NCBI GenBank assembly: GCA_024704765.1
Contig: JAKMXF010000355.1
Coordinates: 68,459 to 132,458 of the forward strand
Direction: 5' to 3'
Length of the DNA: 64,000 nt
DNA from: Oopsacas minuta
Lineage: Eukaryota > Animalia > Porifera
The notes below the pieces were generated by a model. It ran no database searches. It was not told the origin of the DNA and was given only the letters and a program-made list of their open reading frames with translations. Below, in pieces: positions 51,869-64,000 of the stretch (position 1 is its first letter; each line of letters opens with the position of its first letter). A program made the position numbers and the translations under genes.

Positions 51869-52970
51869 CAAAAGGTAACGCACGCCAGCATCTTCGATCA
51901 TATATGGAGAATTTTATAAAAATACTGCTAAAGATTTGGATTAATCTCCACATGGAATTGTAAGGTTAATGTGGTTGGGAGTGAAAATCAACATGAGAAC
52001 GGGATTCTTTGAAATCATTCGTACATCAACCAGGGCAATCTACTGAATTAGTTTAAAAACATGACACAGATAGGAGCATTGGCTCCTTCAGTAATGATGT
52101 ATAAGTACTTTGTGATTATACAATGGTTTCTCGGAGGTTTTCGTCGGATGAAATAAATTGGAAAAGTCAAGTTCCTAGAAAATTTTGAAGTACCAAAAGG
52201 GAAAAATCAATTGGATAACCTTTCCAATAAAATGTTGAAATTTAGTATGTTCAAAACACTGTGAATGCAAATTGGAAGAGAATCCTTATACAGCGGTCAA
52301 CAGTGGCATCTAATAAAATCCAAATGCAACATCTACCGACGAGCAATACCATTAGTGAGGTATAAATGAGCTAATCAACTTCTAATAGCCTTTTGTTTAA
52401 CTAATCAGATGAAAAGTCCAGGTGAACAACTACCAGCGACTCAGAAAAACGGCTGCCCTCTTCCTGGCACACGTCCAAGGAGAGAAAACAAGAAATATAC
52501 CCTATTGTGTGCTATTGAGAAAGATAATCGGATTTACCGATGATCGCTGTACAAGTATTCTCTTTTAATTTGTATTATTATAGTTTAGAACACACTAAAT
52601 TTCAACTGATTATTGGAAATGTAGTGCAATTGATTTGGCCCTTCTTGTAATCCAAAATTTAGAGAAATTTAACTTGCCAATTTATTTCATCCGACGAAAA
52701 CCTCCGAGAAACCATTGTATAATCACAAAGTACTTATACATCATTACTGAAGGAGCCAATGCTCCTATCATGTCATGTTTGGAAACTAATTCAGTAGATT
52801 GCCCTGGTTGATGTACGGATGATTTCAAAGCATCCCGTATATCGTGTTGATTTTCACTCCCAACCACATTAACCTTACAATTCCATGTGGAGATTAATCC
52901 AAAAGCTTTAGCAGTATTTTTTATAAAGTTCTCCATATATGATCGAAGATGCTGGCGTGCGTTACCATTG
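51869..52970. mobile_element. Foldback element, about 1.1 kb, with high-identity TIRs of about 300 bp
   Basis: 51874-52175 is the near-exact reverse complement of 52665-52966 (GGTAACGCACGCCAGCATCTTCGATCATATATGGAGAA...). Termini are either TA|CAA..TTG|TA or Merlin-like GGTAA with no TSD found. Confidence 0.8.
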
Positions 52971-53231
52971 TACATTTGAGCATAACAACTAAGAAATACA
53001 AAGTTTCAATAAATACAATGTTTACTGTCATATGAGCATGCTCTGTGTACCTTAAGAGCATGCTCTGTGAATTTATTGTTACCTCCGAAAATGAATTATA
53101 ATTATTTTGTTGGACATAATTGGAACTGAAACTAAGGGATGAAGTGAAACCAGAACTATGACATAGCATTCGGGAATGTTTGGGAACCTAATTTCTACGT
53201 GTATTCACTTTGGTACAAGTGTTGTTACCTT

Positions 53232-54116
53232 CAGGGCCGTCGAAAGGGGGGGGGGGTAAGCAGGGTAATTACCCCGGGGCCGGGGCTCGAGAAATTCTGT
53301 CTGTGAAGGCATGCATGGGCTTTATTGGCTGCATCAAGTAGACAAGTAAAGGGGAAAATAAAGACATCGATGGGCAGAGTAATACCTTTGTTATTAATCC
53401 TTCCTAGAAACCCAGTCTTTAGAAAGAAGTATCCTGATGACATTCCCCACAATGATTTGGGAGAAGAGGTGATTCATCCTAAAGCCATCGATATTGCTAA
53501 TTTTGGATATTAATCTTTGGGTCCTCTAAATCTTTTGACACTATAAGAAATTTTAAGTTAGATGAAATATTTTGCAATGTCTGTACTGAATTGAGGATGT
53601 TCGGCACATTGCCTGTTACCGTTGATTCCGCCGAACGTTCGTTTAGTAAGTTGAAAATCATCAAGAACTTTCTGAGAAACACTACGAGTCAGGGAAGACT
53701 GAACGATCTCGGAATGTTGAGCATCGAGGCCGAACTTGCAAAGGGTATTGAATTTCAAGACATAATCAATGATTTTGCTATGAAGAAGGCACGCAAAGCT
53801 TTCTATTAATTACACTGACCGTAAATTTTTGTATTTTTCTGATCTTAACTACAATAACTCTTGAAGTATTAGTTTCGTAGTATTAGTTTTTCGTTTATAC
53901 TACTTAATATCACAAATTCTATGCCCTATAGCTATAGGCAATTTGAAAATTCATAAAATATAAGAGTAACTAGGATTTTATTTTTTACTATATAAATAGT
54001 ACGAATGCGATAGTTTGCGTTTAGTTTATTCACTTCACGATAACGGAACAAAATATCAGAGGGGGCCCGCATCCAAAATTATGACCCGGGGCCCGCTCGC
54101 GCTCTCGACGGCCCTG
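53232..54116 (+). mobile_element. hAT internal-deletion derivative, 885 bp, retaining the C-terminal dimerization domain
   Basis: TIR CAGGGCCGTCGA / TCGACGGCCCTG; flanks GTTACCTT/GTTACACT (6/8). ORF 53591-53809 reads TLPVTVDSAERSFSKLKIIKNFLRNTTSQGRLNDLGMLSIE. Confidence 0.9.
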
Positions 54117-54553
54117 GTTACACTATATGCAAAATTTGATCAGTTACCCATACATACCTTCAAGTTAGAGTGAAACTCCTGTTTGCGACCACCCAGAAAA
54201 ACAGCCACCTCGATACAGCTGCCACGTTTAATCATCCAGTTTAACTTAATATTGACATTGACATCATTGGAAATTCAGTCTTCTAGTTGCACGGCTATTG
54301 CTAATTGCGGCCATTTTTTTAGAACTATCCCCAATTTGTGAAAAAGCAAATAATCTGTACATGTGGATATAAAATATATGTTTGTATATCCAGAATTGAT
54401 TGTAGAAACTGGGAAACCCCCAGTACTGATTTTGACATACAGGGGTATTTTGGGCCTGGCTCTGGACAAGTCCGAGTCTTGGCCGAAAATTCACACCTAT
54501 GACAGAATTATAACTTCATTGTAACCTTTTAAGATATTCGAAATATCACATTA

Positions 54554-55100
54554 CACAGCCCTGCGGAAAAAAAAATTTTATTTGCTGATTGTTATTGCAA
54601 AACATTTTCTAATCCACATTTTAATACTGATTTTGAATAATTTTGTAAAATATACGTATCACGTCTAGTTTTTTTGCAAAATTATTTTTAAATATTGGTA
54701 TATTTATCGATGAATGCATGATACCTCTACAAGTAAAATAGTGAAAATCTGCCATTTATAAAATTTTATTGATAATATAATCTTAGTTAATAAATAATTT
54801 GAATATATTAGTCTGAATCAGGAGTAAATTTCCGTTTTTTTGACATTCTAGCATGAATAACATCAATACAATCTCTCTTGAGGCACCAGCAGTAATCAGC
54901 CATCATATGAACGTCCCACCTCCCCTGATATCGTGTTTCCATTGTTTTTATGTCTTGGTGGAATCGTTCACCTTGCTCCTCGGAAACAGCTCCAAGATTC
55001 TCTGGAAAATAGTCAATATGACTGTGAAGAAAGTGAACTTTTACACTCATATTGCANATCTATGTTCCGTCATTCGACACTGTTGTCTCATGCCTTGACA
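54554..55100 (-). mobile_element. 3' fragment of a Chapaev3-like transposon
   Basis: ORF 54808-55050 reads KVHFLHSHIDYFPENLGAVSEEQGERFHQDIK...RYQGRW...MADYCWCLKR; CACAGCC terminus at 54554, where the repeat-family match stops abruptly. Confidence 0.7.
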
Positions 55101-55599
55101 CCGTTATGAAGTTCTTGCGCACCCTCCCATGCTCAGAGAAACATTCAGTCTGTCAGCGAACTTTAAAACTTCTTGGCTGAAAGTCAGCTGAGTCGATTGC
55201 AGCAGGCCTCAATAACTAGCTTTTTCAAGTCAAACTAATCATATTCATGACATTATTATGACGATAATACAACAACATAGTATACACATCGTATAACACG
55301 AATGAATTTGGGTGTCATCCGGTATATAATGCATATATAAAGCTTCCTCGGATTTAGCGACAAATCGAATATAGCGACCTATTTTGCCTGCCCAAACGAG
55401 TGTCGTTAAATCCAATGTTTACTGTATTACATATCTATATACGTACATAAGAGTATATAGATATATAAGTATGCAGTAGTAAAGATGCCAAACAAGTTTA
55501 GTAAAAATATTAATGATTCATGAAAATGAAACGTCTAACTAATATTGACTCAATCATTCTGATTTTACAAGCCAATATAATTTAATTATCTATAAGGAT

Positions 55600-56830
55600 A
55601 TAAACTGGGTCAAGTCAAAATCAGTGACCCGGTTCAGACTCGGAATTTATTGAAAATGGTGACTTGGTCCAAGTCTGTGTATAGGACTAAGAACAACTTT
55701 CAACCAGTCCTGGCAGTGATCGATACCATAACGATTTAGTTGGAGAGGTATTCCAAGAATTTCTTCTACTCGTTTCAAAAGCTGATCAATGTTGAAACAA
55801 TAGACCATTTCAGTTTGAGATTTGTCACCATTGTATCTTCAAGTTCAACGATAGCTGATTCGAAAAGATGAATTATGTTCTGTTTTTCAAGACTTATGTA
55901 ATTCGAGTGTTTGGTGTGCTCAGCCCTTTGTATTTCATAAATTGGCAGATGCTATGTAGTTGATCATATTTGATATATTGAGTTCGCGTTTGAAGGTCTA
56001 ATATTTCATTTTGAGTACTGTAGTCTGGGGCTACTTTGGCTCACTTGGTTTGCATTAGCCCAAATAGCAAGGTTTCAAAAAAACTAGATTATATTCGGTG
56101 TTATACTTGAAAATGACTTGCCAAATTTTTAACGAATTTTCAAATATCGATAGACAATTTCGAATACTAATACAATATCTATTCGATACGTAAGAAATTT
56201 TCAATATTTGGGCTAAAGCAAACCCAGTGGGCCAAAGTAGCCCCAGTTTATGGTAATGAAATTGGATTCAAGAGCTTCGCTACCTTTCAGTAATTTTACT
56301 CTAAGCGGCATCATTCCATATCCAAGGAGTGTAAATTACAATTGCAAATATGAACTTTATTGACAGACAGACACTTGTGGCACTTTTTATGTGTTGCTCT
56401 TTGCCAACCAGCTGGTTGGTTGAAATATTGCTAGAGATATTGAACTTGCTATAGGGTTTGCTATCCGTTTGATTCCCTTTTGACCCTTAAATATTATGCA
56501 AACAAGACAATCGTGCGAATGATGCTACCTTATTATCAATGTCAGGGAGACAACGAGGAGAATACCAGTAGGTTTAGATTTCCTAGTTCCAATTTCAAGC
56601 TTGTGAAGAACTGAAACAAATGATTTGTACAGTACTGTGGAAAAGAAAGGAATAATACCAGGAGAATCTGGGGCTTCATTAGTTATGTCAATATCATACC
56701 ACAATTGGATAGTGGTAAATATTTAGTAATATCTATCGATTGATGAGTCAAGATTTTGGATGAACATTTTCGATAAACGTTTTTCACAGCTTGCTGATGA
56801 AATGAGGACACAATGAGTAGTGTTAGCCGA
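55600..56830 (-). pseudogene. Highly decayed Chapaev-like transposase remnant
   Basis: Minus-strand fragments: Cys-rich N-terminal pieces SHDCLVC and KCHKCLSVNKVHIC, then MVYCFNIDQLLKRVEEILG...RYGIDHCQDWLKVVLS resembling the first catalytic-Asp region. Many stops. Confidence 0.5.
56018..56253. mobile_element. pogo-like MITE, 236 bp, inserted in the Chapaev-like remnant
   Basis: About 50-bp inverted ends (CTGGGGCTACTTTGGC.CACT.GGTTTGC.TTAGCCCAAATA); TA at 56016-56017 and 56254-56255. Confidence 0.75.
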
Positions 56831-57393
56831 ATATTGGCTTTAGTACAGTTTCTAATAATAAAGTTGATATATACTATATATAATTGTACAATAGGGATGT
56901 TCCATGCACTATAGCCTAGTCAAAAGCATGCAAAAATGGTTTAAATTGTAAAGAGTTATATATATGTCACTCAACCATAATTAGATTATACGCCTTAGAG
57001 CGATAGGCAATCAACCTTGAAAGTTCCTGATGATGAAGTTACCGCATAGTTTATGAAATTGCTACAAACAGATATTGAACCCGTAGTAGGGGACTCCAGA
57101 GATCACCTCGCAGTATATTAGAAGTTTGGTAATTACAGAAACTTGTATCTTGAAAATTCTAGGTTGAATATTCATGTGTGATTGAGTTATTATCCACTGT
57201 GTATGTATATTGAAACTTGAAGTAACATAATATTAGTATAAAGTGATGTTTAATGAGGAGTTGAAGAAAAGTTTTGATTTCTAAAAAAGGGGGCGAAAAA
57301 TTAGTCTGTCCGACATCTACAGAATATCTACCATATTTCATCAACCAATGTTCACAATGTTCGGAATCTTGTGTGTACCCCTAAATCTATCTA

Positions 57394-58732
57394 CAGATTG
57401 TTGAACAATTGATGTCGTAATATAGAATGGACAAATAAAACATATTCTTCCAGTGTAGTAATGTGCTCCTTACTTTCCTATATAACCGCCATTGTGAGCA
57501 ATACATAACTTAATCCTATTTGGCATTGAAGCTACAAGATTAGCCAAAACATCCTCCGTCACCTGAGACCATCCCAGTTTGAGATTATTTTTAAGCTTTC
57601 TTCATTTGTTGCGAGGGGCATTGAATCCAGTTGACTTGGAGTAATGCCCACAGATTTTCTATAGGATTCAAGTCCGGCGAATTCGCAGTCCATACTTCTT
57701 TAGGCCAAAACCTTTAAGTTCTTCAAACACCACTCTTGAGTTCTTTTAGAGGTATGAACCGACGCCCATCTTGTTGGAAAATGGCCTTGGATATGTTTTT
57801 CATCATTTTTCGTGTATAAATGGGTTCATTTTTTCTTTTTCTCTTAAATGTAGGTACCAAAGCTTTCTTCAAAATTTCCTCTACATAATATTCTGTATTT
57901 ACGGTCTTGCCTCATGGAATAAATTGTAATTCTGATAAGGCAGAGCAAGAAATCATACCCCACACATTTTCTTTGAGTGGGTACTTCACTGTCTCTACCG
58001 GAGTTATATTATCTCGTTTCCGAGCTCACACACGGTTATTTTGCCGATTCGGAGTAGGATTAAGTTGAAATGGTGATTCATCTGAAAATAGTATTGGTCT
58101 CCATTCTTCCACACTCCAGTTCTTCCTCTCTTTGCAGAATTTACAAGGGATTTTTTCTGAGAATCGGTTAACTTTGGCTGTTTTTGTGGTTTACAAGGGG
58201 TAGAATACAAACTTTTCAACTAATTCAATACAGTTACGTGAGAAACTGATACTCTGCCTCTCCTTCTCAAATTCTTGGTCAATATCCTAGTTGATTTGTG
58301 GGGTTCGGATAGCGATTTACCAATTATGATTTGCTGCTTTCGACAGGGAATTTTTTCGACCACGTGCAGGCTTGTTTCTAAACGATTTACCACCTCTAGA
58401 AAGGGCCCACCAACCCTGTATTGTTCGTAAAGTAATCTTCAGAGCTTGAGAAACCTTCGTTTGAGACATGCCTGCTATAATCATACCGATAGCACGATTG
58501 CGGACATCAATAGTGTATTTGGTAACCATGGAAACACTAAAGAATGTTAGGAATTTTTATTTTCAGGTAAAGAAGAATATCAGCTAATATCAACTAGAAT
58601 ACTAATTATGTATTCATGAAGCATATACAAAAGGAATATTTAGTCGGATTATCATGATTAAATCATCTAAATTGAGTACTTAATTAAAGATATAAAATGT
58701 ATAAATTACGACATTAATTGTTTAACACTCTG
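57394..58732 (-). mobile_element. Tc1-like element, full length 1339 bp, transposase decayed
   Basis: TIR CAGATTGTTGAACAATTGATGTCGTAAT versus CAGAGTGTTAAACAATTAATGTCGTAAT, TA flanks. N-terminal HTH with GRK, FQQDG, FWPKEVWTANSPDLNPIENLW. D-E spacing is 36 or 37 depending on how the frameshifts are repaired. Confidence 0.88.
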
Positions 58733-59907
58733 TAGTTGTGTGGTAGAAGAGATGTATGCGACCTCTACACCTGTCAAAATCATAGTATAATTATGTATTG
58801 TGTCGAATGAAACACTTGTACTGTGTCGACAAAAATCAGGGAACCACAATATACTTACACAATATTCCAATCAAACAGAGTTATAGCTAAATATTAGAGT
58901 AGGTATTGGTTAATCGCACTGAAAAATAGACCGATGACAGAGTTTTTAGCATATAAATAGCAAATTACCAAAATGACAACATTCTAGCTCCAGACATGAA
59001 AATGACCAAAACACCGATGAAAATATTTTTCCTATTCCACCAATATATATATATGCAATCCAAAAATTTGCAGATTTTATTGCTGTCTCTCCAAAATATT
59101 TAAACTCAATTTTTCAGGTAGTGCCCCGGATGTTTATTGGCCCAATTTGATATTGACCGTTGTCAATAATACAAATCAAATTTAGTTGTCTAGAAGAATG
59201 GAAAGGATTGGAATTAGATTAAGCTCCATTTTCAGGAGCTGGAGTGGGAGTGCAATCCTTTACAGGGTTGTAGCGAATGTATGATAAAATGAGGAGCGTT
59301 TAATGCTCTGGTGAAAATTGAATGCGATCTAGTAACGACTTTGTATACGTGACTCAACCTCAACAAACAATTGGGGAAGTAAGAAAACCGATTCTAGAAA
59401 TTGGTTAGACTATATTATTGAATTATAATATTCCAATCATTTCTACCCACGTAGAAATTTCCTCCTGGTTAAGAACTCCTGATCTAGATCTACCAGAATT
59501 ATAACGCTATTACTATTAGTTTTCTGGATATTGTCATTTCAATAATACTGTTTTTAGTGCAGCTCATATAGGAAGATTCCAAATCTGCATGGACTATGTA
59601 AGACTCCCGCACGTACGTACGTAGTGCGAAATCTAAGTCGGATTTAGATGAAAATAGGTACACGTACACATTTTGGGTCGGAGAATTGCACGTCGGGTAC
59701 CAATTTGTTCTAAATGAATATTTCGCACCGTTTTTGTGTTTAATCATACCTTCGCTGTAAGAATGTAGAAATTAAAATTCGCATTTTGACATGATTTAAC
59801 ATATGATTGACTAAACAGACATCACAGAATATAGATATTCATGGTAAATATGTAAAAAAATCGACAAAATGGAGGGGGCTTAAGCTTGTAAAATTAGTGT
59901 TTAAACA

Positions 59908-62156
59908 CACAGGCCTACACTTTTCAGTTGTATTGATTTTGTCAACTGATATATACTAATTCTGTGTTGCTGATTCCGATTATTTAGTCAGTTTTTCCCT
60001 AATACGTCAAGTTATCTCACAATCCTATTACTACATTAATAGAATAAAATTAGTTTCAACCCTTATATGTTAGATTGGATCAATTAAATTTCTGAAAATA
60101 TCAATATTTCATTCACTAAGAATAATAATGATATAATTGTTACTAATATGAATGGAAGAAAGTGATACTATAAACATGTAATATGAGCACTATTCAATCT
60201 AAAAATTTTCTCTTGTTTGACTTTCTTGAATGTTGTTCGTTAGGACAATCTCTTTTCAGGCACCAACAGTAATCTGCCATCATATGTGTGTCCCATCTTC
60301 CTTGATATCGCTGTTCCATCACGTTTATGTCTTGATGGAATCCTTCCCCTTGTTCTTCACTCATATCACCTAGATTATCCGGAAATCTATCAAGATGGTC
60401 TCTCAAATAATGAATTTTAATACTCATATTACAGCCAAGAGCATGATAGCTGTCGACTAACTCTGTGACTAGTTCTTTGTAGTTGGATGCCTTTTTATTA
60501 CCAAGGAAATTAGAAACGACATTAGAGAAAGCCTACCACGCTCTCTTCTCTTCCTCGTTCATTGAATCTTTGAAGCTGTTGTCCCTAAGTAACTTGCGAA
60601 TCTGTGGACCTTCAAATATCCCTGTCTTTTTCCTATCTTTACTGACTTCTGGAAAATAATTTCGGATATACTTAAAACGATATCTGTCTTTATCCAGTGC
60701 TTTGATGAATTGCTTCATTAAACCAAGCTTAATGTGGAGAGGAGGTAGAATTAATTTATTTGTATGTACCAGAGGGTTATTAATTACATTTTTGTCCCCC
60801 AACTTTCAAACATTCTCTCGGAGGCCACTTTTCCCTTATCCAATGCTGGTTCCTATCTCTACTGTCCCAATAACAAAGAAAACAGGGGTACTTAGTGAAC
60901 CCAGATTGTTGTCCTAATAGAAAGTTGACCATTTTGAGATCAACACAGATGACCCAATCATGTACAGAGTAGTTAATAATCTCTAATATCTCTTTCACAT
61001 TATTGTACTCCTCTTTGAGTTTAACTGAATATCCTATAGGAATTGAACCGAATATATTTCCATTATGGAGTAGTACACATTTCAGATTCCTTTTGGAGCT
61101 GTCAATAAACAGCCTCCAGTCACTTGGATTGTATTTCGGAACTCTCTTTGCTAGTGGAAGACCATCAACATTTGGACAGAGCACCAAACCACTCTTTTCG
61201 CAGAAATACTTGTTAAAACTCTTGCTCCCTGTAACGATATAATGTTACCTTTGTTCCTTGATGGAGTAGATTCTTTTTTTCAATCTAGATGCAAGCAACT
61301 TAGAAGATACTCTCGAGAGGTCAAGATCACGAATTAAATCATTCAATTCCGCTTGGTTAAAGAGAGAAGGCTCCGAGGAAGGACCTTGAAAATCAACATC
61401 ATATTCACAGTCATGATCATTGACTTCATCCGAATTGGCACCATCTTCATCATCATAGAGTCCAAGAAACTCTGTGAATATTGATACAGGTAGATCACTA
61501 CAATGAGGGACTGGTCGATAGCAGATTCGAAATATGGGTAATTCAGCAGGTGTCTGTCACTCATTTTGCAGCCCATAACATTCACCATGCAGAAATAGCA
61601 ATCATCGAAATTATCTTTTGATTCTCTCCAAATCATAGGAATTCCGAAAGTGAGGTGTTTCTCTTTATCCTTACTCCAAGACCTCAATAATTCTACACAA
61701 GATTTACAGACCTTATGAGGTGCCCAACTTTTGTCCTGGTCGCCCAGCTTAACTTTGAAATACGCATGGTAAGCTCTATCCACAAAATAAGTAATATTCT
61801 GCATCTGAGGTTCCGGACTATAGAAACCACAAATATAACAAAAAATGTCTGGAGAATTGAAACACTTTCTTTTCAACATATCAACAAAAAAGAATAACAA
61901 ACTAGTTAAAAACCAATAAGCAAATAAGACTATTTGAATATATATACTATGTACATAATGTTATTGTTGCAATATGTAATCATGACGATTTTTTGGCAAA
62001 AATCGAAATTTTTCTGAAAATGTAGCTATATGGTTGTGAAAAAACCTGACGTGCTAAGAAAAAATTGAATTGATATTCAGAATCAGCGCACCTAAATTAG
62101 ACTAAATCAGTGATCAAAATATAAACTGCGATATAACATTTTTTTGTAGGCCTGTG
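59908..62156 (-). mobile_element. Chapaev3-like (CMC) transposon, full length 2249 bp, transposase fragmented (61900-60194)
   Basis: TIR CACAGGCCTACA / TGTAGGCCTGTG; flanks ACA/ATA (3-bp, 2/3). Motifs KCFNSPDIFCYICG, WAPHKVCKSC, DCYFC, WRLFIDSSK, PPLHIKLGLMKQF, EEQGEGFHQD, MADYCW. The subfamily name is from motif recall. Confidence 0.8.
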
Positions 62157-64000
62157 ATATCATTTAGAAGGTCGATATTGCATACTAGACTCATTTAGCC
62201 TAGTGGGGTCGAACAAGGGGGTTATTCGATAGGGTTAGGCGTGCACTATGTACATAATATACGGGCTGGCATTAGGGGCGTAGCTAGACATTTCTCAGGA
62301 GGGGGGCAAACCTCGGAGCAGATCCAATATTCGGAAAGTGGAGGGGGGGACAAAGAGCGAGCGATTGAATAAGGGGGACTGGGGGCAGTGATGTGGTAGA
62401 ATGAAAATATTGATATCCAGCTCATATAAACATCTGTTCTCAATTAATATTATTTCTAATTTATTAATTTTACGAGACAGAGTAGCAAGAGACAGAAAAT
62501 ATTTAGTTTCGACCCCTCTATAAAACTTTCGGAGGAAATATCCAATGTGAAGGAATTAAAAAAAAGCACAAGGACCAAACAGATATTTCAAAACAATAGT
62601 ATATTACTATTGATCCTAAAAGCAAGAATGTTTTATATTTAAAACATAGTGGAGTGGGGCTAGCCTGTTCACGTCCCACCACATTTGAGAACTGTTTTGT
62701 ACACCAAAATTAACATATTTCCACCCACTTTTGTTTATGGATCTACGCTCCTTGCGATGGCGCTCTATCTAAACCCGAGACCACTACACAAGGGACTGCG
62801 AAGTGATATAATATATTAATTCTGGCAATTCAATTAGTTTTTACTCAGATCATATTGTACACTTGCCCCAAAAAAATGTTTGTTTGTTGAAATGTTGTAC
62901 TACAAAGTCTACGAAATTCCCGGTGTATAGCAGTGAACTTAGGAGATTTTTGCTAATAATAACCTATAACTCGGCAACTTTAACTTTTGGTAAAATAATC
63001 CTGCAAATTTCTAGCATATACAAGACTTACCATAATTTGAAATACATTTGATGTGCTATCTAAGATGATTATGAAATAATCTCGAATATTCCCATGTGGG
63101 TAATGGCATAAGCTAGATTACATCATAATCATCTCAGAATGATGATACTGATTAACCGAAATAAATACTTTAGAAATAGTTATGCTTCACACAATCGCAG
63201 ATATTCGTATATTAGTGGGATATTCTATGATAAAATTTCTTGTATACTAAATTTTTCTGCTAAATTTATGTGATAAATCGAAATCTTTGGATTTCTCAGG
63301 AGAAAATTTCTCACTAATGTTTCCATTCAACCAACAAACTTGGGCCATTGTATATTAATCAAATATCTTTAAATAAGAGGTCGTTGGAAGAATTGCCTCT
63401 ACTTGTTTAGTATAAAATATCTGGTTAAAGGGCATTTTCATTTGAAATTATTAATGTGGAATGGGGGGCAGAGTTACCGGCCCGACATCGGCCACTTTTA
63501 GGGGTTCTATTGTACAATATATTGGTAGGTGTTTTTGCCATCTTATTATAGGTTGCTGAGTTATAGATAAATATTGGCAGAAATGTGCCATCCACTGCTC
63601 TACCTCAGGAATGTGACAACTTTATCATTGAAAGGTTTCTGTAAACTTCTTTAACTAGATAATTCATCAGTATTTCTAGAATCGAAATTGAAATTATTGA
63701 ACTTCAACAGAGAGTCCAAGTTTGTGAATTTCCTAGAATATCGTTATTATTTCTTAATTATATAGCGTCATTTGGACCCGAAAAATGTTTTCCGACGTGG
63801 TCTTTGGGAGTACAACAAATCAACAACTAAATATCCATTTTGGTCAACGTGTGCAATTATGATATGAGCAAAACTAATAGAATTACTAAATGTATATAAT
63901 ACGCCACTTCGGACTCCCTGGTTTACATGTTCAGGATTTAGATAGAGCCTGTGACAATCTTTCAAAATTACACCATTGCGGAATTACGAAGTACTTGTTA

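Noticed and set aside
55057-55057. Single N base
   Set aside because: Assembly ambiguity with no biological meaning, though it may mark a local join in the Chapaev3-like fragment.
16321-59885. TTAA-GG/GC ends suggestive of Kolobok elements (16322, 17894, 59875)
   Set aside because: Could not pair ends into an element or find a transposase.
63380-64000. Minus-strand coding-like tract at the window end
   Set aside because: No frame gave a motif I could assign; needs the adjacent window.

Overview
AT-rich eukaryotic (most likely invertebrate animal) genomic DNA; no prokaryotic features. Only two intact host genes are supportable, both on the minus strand: an intronless mitochondrial ETF alpha subunit (19978-20997) and an Eco1/ESCO cohesin acetyltransferase whose two identifiable exons (48727-48188 and 26553-26242) splice in phase across a 21.6-kb transposon-filled intron. 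Most of the remainder is decayed, often nested DNA transposons, many with ends and target-site duplications (TSDs) I could read directly: mariner, two Tc1-like elements, Merlin, MULE, hAT, Chapaev-like elements, a Gypsy integrase fragment, a tyrosine-recombinase (Crypton-like) element and many MITEs. The most striking element is a 5.9-kb intron-containing Ginger-type transposon (5322-11217) whose reconstructed 7-exon gene fuses a Gypsy-like integrase to a USP-like cysteine protease domain. Other ubiquitin-system domains recur in mobile or decayed sequence here: a RING on the MULE, an OTU remnant split by Merlin, and a possible OTU next to the recombinase. All family assignments come from motif recognition by eye, not database searches.
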